Origin: Rhina ancylostomus
Taxonomy: Eukaryota
Assembly: GCA_030265395.1 (NCBI GenBank)
Contig: JARFYF010000063.1
Location: 21,547,805-21,611,804, forward strand
Length of the DNA: 64,000 nt
Direction of reading: 5' to 3'
Under the pieces are notes generated by a model. The model was not told where the DNA came from and made no database searches. It saw only the letters and a program-made list of their open reading frames with translations. Below, piece by piece: positions 53,301 to 64,000 of the stretch (the first letter of the stretch is position 1; each line of letters begins with the position of its first letter). Made by a program: the position numbers and the translations under genes.

Positions 53301-56300
53301 GACTATCCCTAATCAGGCCCTGTCTATCCAAATGCTTGCATATCCTGTCCCTTAAAATACCTTGCAATAATTTACCCACGACTGACATCAGGGTCACCCG
53401 CCAATAATTTCCCAGCTTATTCCTTGAGCCTTTCTTGAATAACAGAACAACATTAGCTATCTTCCAGTCCTCTGGCACCTCACCCATGGCTAAGGATGTT
53501 TTAAGTATCTCTGCCAAGGCCCCTGCAATTTCTGTACTAGCCTCCCATGAGGTCTGAGTGGGCACACTGTCAGGCACTGGGGATTTATCCACCTTCATTC
53601 ACCTCAAGACAATCAGCACTTCATCATCTGTAATCCAGATGTAGTCCGTGACCTCACTATTCTTTTGCCTCAGTTCTATAGTTTCTGCGTCTGTCTCCAG
53701 AGTAAATACGAAGGAACAATTTCATTTAAGATCTTCCCCATCTCTTTCTGCTCCATGCATAGATGACCACACTGATCTTCAAGCAGACCAATTTTGTCCC
53801 TTGGTACCCTTTTGCTCTGAATGTGGCTATAGAAACTCTTGGGATTCTCTTTTTCACTTTGTCTGCTAGAGTAACCTTGTGTCCTCTTTTTGCCCTCCTG
53901 ATTTCTCTCTTAACTCTTCCCTTGCATTTCTTATACTCAAGTGCCTCATTTGATCCTAACTGCCTATACCTGATATGCGCCTCCTTTTTCTTTACCAGGG
54001 CCTCAATATCCCTCAACAACCAAGGTTCCCCAAACCCGTCAGCCTTGCCTTTTATTCCAACGGGAACATACAGATTCTGTACTATCAATATTACACTTGT
54101 GAAAACCTCCCACTTAACAAGCACCTCTTTGCTGGAAAATAGCCTATCCCAATCCATGCCTGCCAGTTCCCTTCAGATGCCAAAATTGCTCCAATTTAGA
54201 ATCTCAACCCAAGGACCAGTCCTATCCTCCATAACCATCTTGAAACTAATGGAATTTTGATCACTAGATCCAAAGTGTTCCTCTACACACACTTCTGTCA
54301 CCTGCCCTGTCTTGTTCCCCAAGAGATCTAGCATTTCCTCTGAGCACTGCTGTGACATTTTCCCTGAAGAGTAANNNNNNNNNNNNNNNNNNNNNNNNNN
54401 NNNNNNNNNNNNNNNNNNNNNNNNNNNNNNNNNNNNNNNNNNNNNNNNNNNNNNNNNNNNNNNNNNNNNNNNNNNNNNNNNNNNNNNNNNNNNNNNNNNN
54501 NNNNNNNNNNNNNNNNNNNNNNNNNNNNNNNNNNNNNNNNNNNNNNNNNNNNNNNNNNNNNNNNNNNNNNNNNNNNNNNNNNNNNNNNNNNNNNNNNNNN
54601 NNNNNNNNNNNNNNNNNNNNNNNNNNNNNNNNNNNNNNNNNNNNNNNNNNNNNNNNNNNNNNNNNNNNNNNNNNNNNNNNNNNNNNNNNNNNNNNNNNNN
54701 NNNNNNNNNNNNNNNNNNNNNNNNNNCTCCACTTACTGCTCTGTCACTCTGGTTCCCACCCCCCTGCAACTCTAGTTTAAACCCCCTCCCCCCCTCACCC
54801 CGAGCAGCACTAGCAAACCTTCCCACCCTCTAGTACGTCCTCTCTGAGCACTGCTGTGACATTTTCCCTGATGAGTAAACATCTGAAAGGTTTCATCTTA
54901 ATTCTACTCAAAATTCATTCTTTTAAGATAGATTGACAGGTAGTATTCAAAGGGACCTGGGTGGCCTAGGCAACACCCTTCCCTCCCTGTATCCTTCATA
55001 GCTTTCCCATTCCCACCTGCCATGCAGGCACTATCTCCCTATGTTCATTTATTCTATCTCGTCCCCATTTGTCCATCACTTCTGACCTCATCTGGTTGCA
55101 CCTATCACATACCTGCTCGTTTCTCCACCCCCGCCTGACATTTCTATATACTGGCAACCTACCCCCCCATCCAATCCCAGTCCTGATGAAGGATCTCGAC
55201 ACAAAATGTCAACACATCAACTTTGCATTCAGAGATGCTGCTTGATCCAATGAATTCTTCCAGCAGTTTATTTTTTGCTCCAAATGGTATTTTTTTTATT
55301 GCAAGAGAACTTAATGGGTAGAAATGTCTTGCTTCAATTATATAAAAACCTTGAAACCACATCTGGAATACTGTGTGCAGGTGCACTCACTCTAGCCAAG
55401 AAAGGATATAATTTCAAAGTTCACCAGACTGATTCCTAGGATGGCAGGTTCCTTGCACAAAAGGAGATTAACCAATCTGGGTTAATCACTTATCATTCTT
55501 AAGTAATCACTTTGAAACGCACAAAATTCCTACAAGGATTGACAACAGAGATTTGGAGTTGACACTACCCCTCTCTGGGGTATCAAGAACCAGGAGAGGT
55601 CACAGCCTCAAAACAATAGGACATTTCAAGGTAGAAGAAATTTCTTTATCCACAGGGTAGTGAATTTTTGGAATTTTCTACTCAGGGAGTTGAGGAGGCT
55701 CAGTCACTCAATATACTTAAGGAAGAGATAAATATATTTTTGGATATGAAGTTAATCAAGACAATGAGACTGATGCAGGAAAGCACTGCTGAGGTAAAAG
55801 ATTCAGCAATGGTCTTAACGAATGGTAGAGCACACACAAGACTAAAATGGTCTGCTGCTGCTTCTAATTATTGCATTTCTACTCTATGAACCTATGTTCC
55901 TACTCTATGAACCTAATGTTTAGCAAAGATGCAGCATCTGCAATACAAAACTGAAATTAAAATCCAAGATGATGTAAGGGGAAGCAGCCCAGGGATTTCA
56001 TCCTCCAAAATGGCTTAACTGAGTCAGCAGACAATACGCAACAATATCAAATCACATCCAGCAAGAAAACAATTTTAAAAAACGATTAAAAGTGGAACAC
56101 TGCAGATGTTGGATATGTGCATGTCAGGTAGCATCTGTGGAGAGAAAGGACTGGTTTGTGTTTCATTGACTTGTTTCTTTCCACAGATGCTGCCTAATCT
56201 GCTGAAAGTGACTGAGGTGACTGTTACGTACCAGCAACGAAAGAAACACACCAAGACATGTATACCTGTTAAAAACTACTTTATTAATAACTACTCATGA

Positions 56301-59300
56301 TAATAAGTAAAAATGTTAGAATGTTGGAAGTACTAATGTTAAACCCCAAACATTAACTCCTAAAAACTAACTAAACTTGTCGTGTGTGTGTGGCAAATTC
56401 CCANNNNNNNNNNNNNNNNNNNNNNNNNNNNNNNNNNNNNNNNNNNNNNNNNNNNNNNNNNNNNNNNNNNNNNNNNNNNNNNNNNNNNNNNNNNNNNNNN
56501 NNNTCGGACTGACTCCGACTGGTTGTTTCAACAACAACGTCATGACGTTCTTTATCTTCTGTTGACGTAAGCACGCCACAATCTTAAAGGAACCTTCACT
56601 AATAATAACCTAATCCGTAACAGTGACCAACTCAGCAGTTTCACTGCAATACATTACTTCCACTTTTGTGTGCTCAAACAACTCAACTTTGCATTGCATC
56701 TTGTCATGTTGTAACTTTTACCTGCACTTAACTTGCCCTCTTCAATCATCTCAGTTTTCTCTACCCTTCCTTCTCCAATTAAATGCACTTTACACCCACA
56801 CTGTTAAACTATGTACAAGCCTCAACAATGCAATCACCAATCATGAGTTTTGCATTTACTGTACAGGTATTCCAAGATGGGATCAATTGATTACTTTTGT
56901 CAATTTACTAAAGAATTGCCTTGGTTGTGTCCAATGCTTTACCTCCATCGGTCTCTCAACTCCATGCCATGAGTCATTAACTCTAATATTTGACAATTTC
57001 TCATTTTTGAGCGACACTCAAATTGTATATGTGCAGAGAATTTTTGAATACTGGGCCTCACTTTGGCAATATTTTTATTGAAGTCATTCTCTAAAAGAAA
57101 ACACAACATACCAACTGTGAGTAGAGATGAAATGTCTGTATGTAGGACTAGTGATGCCAAAGTGATATGAAGATACCAGAATTCACGGGCCTGTGCAGAA
57201 CTCCAGCGCCGACTCTAATAGAAAAATAAAGCCAGTTTTAGTGTTGAAATGTTAAGACTTTACTTGGATGGATTCAATCATGAAAATTTAAGAGAACAGT
57301 TTTTAAAATATTAGCTATCTAACTGATTTTTCTTCGTCACAAATGAAAGAATGAATAATTAAATAAAAATGGAAGCAATGTTACATTTTTTGATTATGTG
57401 GATAAAGAATAGCAAACAGTGAAAAGGAGGCATCTGATCAGATTAGATGTACACAGGTCAATGGCTGACACAGGAGAGATCAATAAGGTACAATAGGGCC
57501 TCAATTTTAAGGATGAACTAACAGAGCACTACACTTACTTGGTTGTTCTGCCTTGATGGACCCAGAAGAAAACAAAGCATTCTCTTGAATGCAGAGTGTT
57601 TGAATAAGAGCTGACAGGCCTTGAAACCCTGAGGACAGATAAAAAGTGAACTTAGAAGACATCAGCAAAATATCACAAAATATCTGTCTAAAACTTCACA
57701 GTCCAAATACATGAAAAATATTTCCTGGCCACCTCAAAGTGAAGGGATGAAAGGTTCACAGTCACAACTAACAAGACACAAATAATCAGGGGCAAACTGC
57801 TTTCTTTCAAAAGAATAACAGAAAACACTGAATTTGTAGATCCTACTTCCTTTTCCTCACTTATGTTGCTTGGCTGAAACAAGTTACATGATAACATGAC
57901 ATAGTTGACTTGGAATAAAAGAATTCTTTGGCGAAAGTCAGAGGTAGATGATGGGAGCAGGAATACAAGTTTATATGGTTCCTTGACTGCTGCTCCACAA
58001 TTCAGCAAGGTCATGACTGATTTGATCTTGGACTCAACTTCACTTGCCTACTTGGTCATGAGAATGTTTGATCCCATTAAGATCTGAAATTTGCTAATTC
58101 TTGAATATATACAGTAATTTAGCCACGACAGTTCTCTGGGATCAAGATTTACACCAGTTAAAGATTCACGACCTTTCAAAGGAAGACATTCCACCTCTTT
58201 CAGACTTAAATGAGATAAACCCTTATCCAGTCTTTGACCCTAGGTCTAGATTCCCTCTTTAAAGGATACATCCCTCAGGATCTTGTATATTTCAATAGTT
58301 TCAACTCTCGTTCTGTTAAACTCCATACAGTGTTGACCCAACCAGCTTAATCTCTCATGGGACACAGTAGTCATAACTGGAATCAACTAATGAAGCTTTT
58401 CTGCACCTCTTCAAAAAGGCGATCAAAATGTCATGCAGAATTCCAGATTTACTCCCATCTGTGCAGCCACAGCAAAACTTTGGTATGTGTTCTATCCTAC
58501 TTGCAATGAAGGCCATCATCCCATTTATAATCAAACAAAACTCTTCATGAAAGCAGGCAAAGTCTTAAAGGTCCAAAAATGGTTAGGATCAAAACTTTTT
58601 CCAAAAATATATGTAAAAAAGGTCTACATTTAGCTGAAATGCTCAAATTTTTCAATAAAAGATTCCAATGTNNNNNNNNNNNNNNNNNNNNNNNNNNNNN
58701 NNNNNNNNNNNNNNNNNNNNNNNNNNNNNNNNNNNNNNNNNNNNNNNNNNNNNNNNNNNNNNNNNNNNNNNTTTTTCAATAAAAGATTCCAATGTTATTT
58801 TTCTTCTTGTTCACAGCTCCAACATTTTTTCCTCACAAGGCTGTTAACATATATTTTAAAAAAATACAAGTGATTCTGAATTGGTAGAAACTAGTTTGAA
58901 AAATATGCTTTTGGACAATTTTTACCCTGGCTAATTTTGCACCAAGGTACATAAAGACTTTCAGGCAGTGGGGAATTTATTTTTCAGAATGCAGGCACTT
59001 GTGGGAAGTCAGCATTTTTTGCCTATCCCTAATCACTTGAGGTGATGGCATACCAGCTTCTCGAAAACTTGCAGTACTGAGGGAGGATAATCCCACAATG
59101 CTATTGGTTGGATGGGTGGATAGATGGACAAGGAAGTGCTGTCTGGAATTAGATCCAGTGACAATGAAGGAACGATATTTTCAAGTTGGGATTGTGTGCA
59201 ACTTAGAGGAGAACTTGCAGTGCTCTCATTCTCACTCTAACACACTGCCCTTGTCCTTGTCCTTCTTGATAATCAAGGCTGTGGATTAGGGAACTGCAGT

Positions 59301-62300
59301 CTGAGAAAATGAGAAAAGTAACTGCATTGTATTTTATAGATGGTACATACTGTAGCCATGACAACTTGGTGGTAGAGTGATTGTACTCTTATTTTGCTTG
59401 ATGAGGTGCCAATCAAGTAAGCTTCTTTATCATCAATGGCATCAAGCTTCAAGTGCTGTTGGAGCTGCAATCATCCAGGTACTTGCAGACTATTCCATTG
59501 CGTTCCTGACCACTGCTTTGCAGCTGGCAGGAAGAGCTGTCAGGAGGAAAGTCATTCCCCACAGGATATGCAGATTTTGAACTGCTCTTGAAGCCACAGT
59601 TGACTTTCTAGTAATAGTGACTCCAGAATGATGATGATGATGATGATGATGATAATAATAATATGGGACTTGGCAATGGTAATACAGGCCGTCCCTGGCT
59701 AATAAATGGGTTCCGCAAGTTGGAAAATACACAAAAATCACTCGATGGGGTAACCATGCTTATATGGTATTGAAATGAATGTTATCAAAAGCATACAAGA
59801 TAGACAAGAAACAATTACTAGAAGTGGAGAGAAGAAACTAGTTCTGGAGTTTATAGGAATGAGGATATATATTATACATACATACACTGGAGTTTTGAAT
59901 TTAACAATATTATGGTAGCTTGGCCGTACATGTCCACAAGTTAGGTGTTTGTAACCAGATGGCCTGTATTATTAAATATCAAAAGGTGGGTGGTTAGGCT
60001 TCACATTGTTGGAGACATTTGTTGCCTAATGCAAATATTACTTGTCATCAGGTCTGGCTGCCTACAGGCACGATCTGCTTCATTGGCCAAAGTTATGAAC
60101 ACTGTGCAGTTACTGGTGAAGACTCACTGGTGAAGGTCATTGATGCTGATGATTGACCCCCAACAAATACAACCATCTTCCTTTGTGGTAGGTATGGCTA
60201 TGCCAGTGCCTTCTTGATTCCTATCAGCTTCAGCTTTACTAAGGCACCTTGATGCCACCACTATTTAAATACAGCCACATGGACAGTCATTTTCACTACA
60301 CTGCTAGAATTCAATACTTTGGTCCCAGTTTGGACCAAAACTGATACATTGGGACCTATGAGATCCTGGCTAAATCCAAAGTGATGATCAGTTAGCAGCT
60401 TATAAGACCATAAATGCCACTTGATGGCATCACTGATGACAGTGTATTGCTGATGATTGAGAGATGACTGGAGAGTATTCAGCAGGATCAGATTAATCCT
60501 ATTTTAAGAACTGGACTTTACAAGGCAATTTTCCACATCAGGGGCAGAAGCAAGGTTAAATGCTGGTCCCTTAACAGAAGGGGTAGAAGAATTTATGATG
60601 GGAAATAAAGTATTGACGGAAGAATTAGAACATAGAACAGTATAGCACAGAACAGGCCCTTCGGCTCACGTTGTGCCAACATGGCTACTCCCTTCATAGC
60701 TAATGCCTTTATCTCTCTATTTTCCTCTCATTCATGCGCCCATCCAATCCCCTCTTAAAAGACCCTAATGAATTTGCCTCCACCACCCTATCAGGCAATG
60801 CCTTCCAGGCATCCACCACTCTCTCAGTAAAAAAAAACATACCCCTCACATCTGTTCTAAACCTAACCCCTCTCACCTTAAATGCATGCCCTCTGGTATT
60901 GGATCACTAAATAATGGGAAAAAGATATTGCTTGTCCACCCTATCTATGCCCCTTAATTTTATATACTTCCAAGAGATCACCCCTCAGCCTCCGCTGCTC
61001 CAAAGAGCCAGTGTTTGTCCTACCTCTCCTGATAGCACATGCCCTCTAATCCAGGCAGTATCCTAGTAAAACTCCTCTGCAACCTCTCTAAAGCCTCAAC
61101 ATCCTTCCTATAGTGAGGTGACCAGAAATGCACGTAATACTCTAAGTGCGGCCTAACCAGAGTTCTATAGCGATGCATCATAACTTCTTGACTCCTAAAC
61201 TCAATACCTCGATTAATAAATGCAATCATTCCATAAGCTTTCTTAACCACCCTATCTGCGTAGCCACTTTCAATGAGTCATGGACTTGCAAAATTAATTA
61301 AACAATTACTTTGTGTCTACCACCATCTCATATTAGTAGATTAATCATCCACTACCATTTACGAATTGAAGTGGCAGAATGGCAGAGCTTTGATCAGATC
61401 TGTTGGTTGTGGATCACTTAGCTCCAATTTGTTGCCGTTCAGCACACATGCAAGTCCTGTGTTGCATCTTCAGCAGGTTACTCTTGGTGGTACTCATAAT
61501 ATCCCTTCTGCATTCCTCACTGAACCAGGGTTGATGCCCTGGCTTGACACTAGTGTTAGAGGTTATATTGTGAGACATTCACTTATTTTCTTTTGACAGC
61601 ACAAAATGGACAAAGAACATATTTTACCTTTTGCACAAAGTTGTTGAAGAGGTTGAAATACTGGGAACAGTTTTTGCAATTTTCGGCTACATCCTTGTCC
61701 AGTAAGCCAAGCAGCACCTCCAGCAGCTGGTCCAATCCTTTCAGCTGAAAAAACATTTTCTTTAGGGACTTTCAAGACATGGTAACAATTGAAGTACACA
61801 TCAAATTGTTAAATATAGGTGGAAAATGGCCAGTAATGTAACAAAAGATCATCTATAATGCTCCATACCATTTCTTTACCCTTTCAGATATCTAATACAG
61901 GGCTGGCAAACTTATTTTATATGATGATCCTGTTCTGATACAAGGCATTTGGTGTGGGCCACATAAATGATTAGGATGCAGAGGCATAGAAAATGGTTAG
62001 GTTTTGTCCATTTGAAAGGAACAAAACAGATTCAGTGTACACACCCAATGTCCAGATGCAAAGATTTGTGCCTTACCACATGACATGACCTCTGCTGTAC
62101 TGGGCTACACCTGCTGTAGGTATGGCCAGGATCAGCCCAAAAATCAGCCACTCTCCCATGTTTTACTCTCCCTGATCTTCAGTTCCTCCAACTTCCATCG
62201 ATTCTTCTTCCCTCCTTCACTTCCACCGAGCTCTAATGTTCTGATGCGTGGTGAACAAGTGTGGGAAGAACTCTCAGTGTGAAATGAGAGCTTTATTGGC

Positions 62301-62906
62301 CAGTTAGCAGTACTGAATGAGTTTGTAATGTTAAATGTAGCACAATGTGAATCAGTTAAAACTTCCTTTTGCTATATAATATCACTACACTAAGTTTTGT
62401 TAAAACCTCATTGAAGGCAAATGTTCTACAGCTGTTGATGATGTTTAGGGTAAGCAATATTAATCTTGGAATTCTACGCCTTAGAGTTTAAACAAAATAA
62501 TTAATTTCATACTAGGAAGTTAATGACTTTTGTTTTGCTTAGGTTGGAAAAGTTATGAAACCAGCAAGATGAAACATGCAAAGCAACAAAATGCATTTGC
62601 TCATTATTTTCAATTATTTAACATTTTAATAAGCAATACCTCCTTGCCAGAACTTTTAATAAACTAGTCCATAATTGTGGGTTAGGACAATTGAACAATA
62701 TTATGCTAATATTGAACCAATTTGGGAACATACATGATGAGATTTTAGGCAAAGATGTGTGCAACGTAACCATTTACCACTCAGCTTTTCACACATGCCA
62801 TTTACTAACCTTTTCCTGATAAAGCAAAGCACTCTCGAGGGCTTTTTCTAGAATGGTAGCAACAGTGACTCTGACCTCTCGAACAGTGCACTCCAGAAGG
62901 AAAATC
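35322..62906 (-). CDS. USP24: Ubiquitin specific peptidase 24, 3' part (13 coding exons; the gene continues beyond the window)
   Basis: Spliced exons stay in frame and match the USP24 C-terminus (...RELTGSL...YCCFCNEHFS...QLETAPPHELKN...HHWSWAVQWLQKKMSEHYW...GSESPMMIGE..SDLDD); tail-to-tail with PCSK9. Confidence 0.96.
36398..36508 (-). CDS. USP24: USP24 penultimate coding exon
   Basis: cag|DTLAYATALLNEKEQSGSSNGSEGSPAAENGDRTLRQ|gtaagg; 111 nt. Confidence 0.95.
37359..37445 (-). CDS. USP24: USP24 exon
   Basis: tag|MSEHYWAPQSNISNETSTAKTFQRTISAQ|gtatgt; 87 nt. Confidence 0.95.
38770..39310 (+). mobile_element. LINE 3' fragment (CR1/L2 clade, same family as 48660-49176)
   Basis: gtgatggaatactc, acttgacaccatctagga, cacagtggctgca. 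Confidence 0.6.
39672..39747 (-). CDS. USP24: USP24 exon
   Basis: tag|CSAAKDYFREHPHHWSWAVQWLQKK|gtaagt; 76 nt. Confidence 0.95.
41365..41495 (-). repeat. Penelope-type terminal repeat with a minimal hammerhead ribozyme motif
   Basis: Minus strand reads GAGTT-CTGAAGA-AGGATCTTCGACCT-GAAA-TG-TT-AACTT, followed by the common elasmobranch terminal repeat. Confidence 0.65.
42588..42666 (-). CDS. USP24: USP24 exon
   Basis: cag|(A)LMHQSNNVDSSRCYQCIKFLVLLAQ(K)|gtaagt; 79 nt. Confidence 0.94.
44411..44477 (-). CDS. USP24: USP24 exon
   Basis: aag|VIEDPLQSRRLKFAFESEKGLL+G|gtacat; 67 nt. Confidence 0.92.
45050..45115 (-). CDS. USP24: USP24 exon
   Basis: cag|IQLETAPPHELKNIFQLLHEIL|gtaagt; 66 nt. Confidence 0.94.
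46460..46790 (-). mobile_element. Rex1/Babar-type LINE fragment
   Basis: HTPVFIKGSVVEMVSSSNFLGINVSEDL and an aataaatctgattctga-type tail. Confidence 0.65.
47185..47435 (+). mobile_element. CR1 3' end
   Basis: gagaggcaactttt..cagaggtggtgagaatatggaatgaactg..gaagggcctgtattcgtgctgtactgctcta. Confidence 0.75.
48660..49176 (-). mobile_element. LINE 3' fragment (CR1/L2 clade)
   Basis: LTIYKAQVRSVVEYCSLTWMS...LKKLDTIQD. Confidence 0.75.
49371..49487 (-). CDS. USP24: USP24 exon
   Basis: cag|VMYAMRELTGSLSVLSEMVTYCCFCNEHFSLVQALQTIK|gtaaat; 117 nt. Confidence 0.94.
49915..50015 (-). CDS. USP24: USP24 exon
   Basis: aag|(D)PGQYKWHSPTPQVPLHQDVETLFRPEGQAYLLE|gtaatt; 101 nt; phase fits both neighbours. 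Confidence 0.88.
52030..54830 (-). mobile_element. CR1 LINE, ~2.8 kb, frameshifted ORF2 (RT) with 3' tail
   Basis: VPEDWKIANVVLLFKKG..QHGFVHGKSCLTNL..VDIVYMDFSKALDK, VPQGLMLG..LFIIYINDL..ISKFADDTKIGG, EHFGSSDQNSISF. Confidence 0.95.
54990..55285 (+). repeat. Penelope-type 3' region with a degenerate hammerhead motif
   Basis: Pyrimidine-rich tract then cctgatgaaggatctcgacacaaaatgtc..agatgctgcttgatcc. Confidence 0.6.
55330..55900 (+). mobile_element. CR1 3' fragment
   Basis: ccacatctggaatactgtgtgcag, gttcaccagactgattcctaggatg, gggtagtgaatttttggaatt. Confidence 0.75.
56222..56622 (-). mobile_element. LTR (solo, or collapsed LTR retrotransposon) with 5-bp TSD
   Basis: Termini TGTTACG...CGTAACA flanked on both sides by GTGAC (56217-56221 and 56623-56627); AATAAA on - strand near 56280; internal 100-N gap. 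Confidence 0.8.
57112..57214 (-). CDS. USP24: USP24 exon
   Basis: tag|SRRWSSAQAREFWYLHITLASLVLHTDISSLLTV+G|gtatgt; 103 nt. Confidence 0.92.
57539..57628 (-). CDS. USP24: USP24 exon
   Basis: cag|GFKACQLLFKHSAFKRMLCFLLGPSRQNNQ|gtaagt; 90 nt. Confidence 0.9.
59628..59653. repeat. (ATG)n microsatellite
   Basis: Direct reading. Confidence 0.9.
59685..59966. mobile_element. Tc1/mariner (Tigger-like) MITE nested in a LINE
   Basis: TA-flanked imperfect TIRs: TA|CAGGCCGTCCCTGGCTAATAAA ... TTTGTAACCAGATGGCCTG|TA. Confidence 0.6.
60626..61290 (-). mobile_element. CR1 LINE 3' fragment
   Basis: VKKAYGMIAFINRGIEFRSQEVMMHRYRTLVRPHLEYYVHFWSPHYRKDVEALERLQRSFTRILPGL plus tail. Confidence 0.9.
61628..61744 (-). 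CDS. USP24: USP24 exon
   Basis: cag|LKGLDQLLEVLLGLLDKDVAENCKNCSQYFNLFNNFVQK|gtaaaa; 117 nt. Confidence 0.93.
62810..62906 (-). CDS. USP24: USP24 exon
   Basis: aag|G+IFLLECTVREVRVTVATILEKALESALLYQEK|gttagt; 97 nt. Confidence 0.92.
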
Positions 62907-64000
62907 CTTATAGGCATACATACACATGCAGAGAAAAGCAAAGTGAAGTGTTATGTTTGTTTCACATTTTTGTTTATTACTCTATAATAACCTAATCAAA
63001 AATACAAGTATCAATAGAAATTAGGTGGGGAGGAAAGAGATGGAGAAATGGGGCAAGGAAAGAGCTGGACAGAGGACAGGGAATAGAGGATAGTCTCCCC
63101 TTTGAAAATGACTATTCATGAATTTATACTATCAGCTTTTAAAGAGTGTAGGTAAATGAGATCCAGGAAAAAGGATAGTGATNNNNNNNNNNNNNNNNNN
63201 NNNNNNNNNNNNNNNNNNNNNNNNNNNNNNNNNNNNNNNNNNNNNNNNNNNNNNNNNNNNNNNNNNNNNNNNNNNNNNNNNNATAGTGATACATTAGATT
63301 TATTGCAAGCTTAAGCCAACGCAGAGCAAACAGGGGCACATGCATTGTGTGGAAGAACAGGAGATATCAGTAGGAGTGGATAGTTAAGATTGTGTAATCT
63401 CCTCTTTGAACCCAGTTTCTATATTCTTCCTTCCCTTCACATTGCCTTCATTTTTTAAATAAATTTTCAGATGGTTTTATACAAAATAATCTAATGGAAC
63501 AATAAGAACCTAAAAGATGGAAAGGCAATTAATGATTCATAAAAAATTTTGGAAATCTGGATAGTGGATGTAAGTCAGTTTATCAATCAGTGCAATGTCA
63601 TTAAAATATTGTCACCAATATTATTAATGTATAAGACACAGATTCATTCAGCAGTAATCAAAGATCCTCATCCAAAGTTCAGTTTAAGGCACATCACTGG
63701 TGCAGAGTAAAGCACTCTTACTTTTCATTTGATTTGTTTTGTTATGTTAGATCTTAGAATACACAGAGCAAGGGTGACCAAGAGTTTAGTCTGTTTCGGT
63801 CACACAAGGATGTGTCATGAAGCTTCAGNNNNNNNNNNAACAGCAAGTTTTGATTTCATTCCTATTCAATCAAATATACCGAAAGTTGCTCAGACTCACA
63901 GAATTAAGTGTTTTAGTGAACTATGTCAGATACTGATGACTTATGTACTGTAAAATGAAAAATACAGCAGTATACCACAAAGCTCGGAAAAGCTAAGATA

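Larger units (their letters stand above)
58985..60540 (-). mobile_element. Old LINE (same family as 48660-49176), decayed
   Basis: cctatccctaat..ttgaggtgatgg, tagatggtacatactgtagcc, tcaagcttc..gttggagctgc. Confidence 0.65.

Noticed and set aside
54338-54878. 36-bp direct repeat ctctgagcactgctgtgacattttccctga(a/t)gagta around a gap in the CR1
   Set aside because: Adjacent to a gap inside a multicopy LINE; probably an assembly artefact or a trivial local duplication.
59490-59741. ORF with poly-Tyr/poly-His run
   Set aside because: Translation of an (ATG)n/(ATA)n microsatellite inside a decayed LINE.
1-64000. CRISPR arrays, operons, tRNA or rRNA genes
   Set aside because: Eukaryotic intron-rich locus; no repeat-spacer arrays; tRNA-like boxes belong to SINE heads.

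Overview
Vertebrate genomic DNA, most likely from a cartilaginous fish (elasmobranch, inferred from its SINE/LINE/Penelope repeat families), in a draft assembly with many N gaps. It holds two tail-to-tail genes in the same arrangement as in human. (1) A 12-exon PCSK9 gene on the + strand (ATG 2621, stop 17395, about 664 aa). Eleven exons are readable and exon 2 is almost entirely hidden in an N gap. (2) The last 13 coding exons of USP24 on the - strand (62906 down to the stop at 35322), followed by a ~7 kb repeat-poor stretch that may be a long 3' UTR. The rest is decayed Penelope-like, CR1, L2-type and Rex/Babar LINEs, V-SINEs, Deu-SINEs, an LTR with a 5-bp target-site duplication and a Tigger-like MITE. 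Main observations: an HNF1-HINFP-SRE promoter cassette that appears to match the human PCSK9 promoter in sequence and spacing; loss of the furin inactivation site (RFHR becomes RFYQ); Penelope-derived minimal hammerhead ribozyme motifs, one with an intact core in the USP24 sense orientation; and an orphan CpG-rich island between the two genes. I found no convincing evidence for a wholly new multi-gene system. All comparisons to human sequences are from memory and need alignment to confirm.
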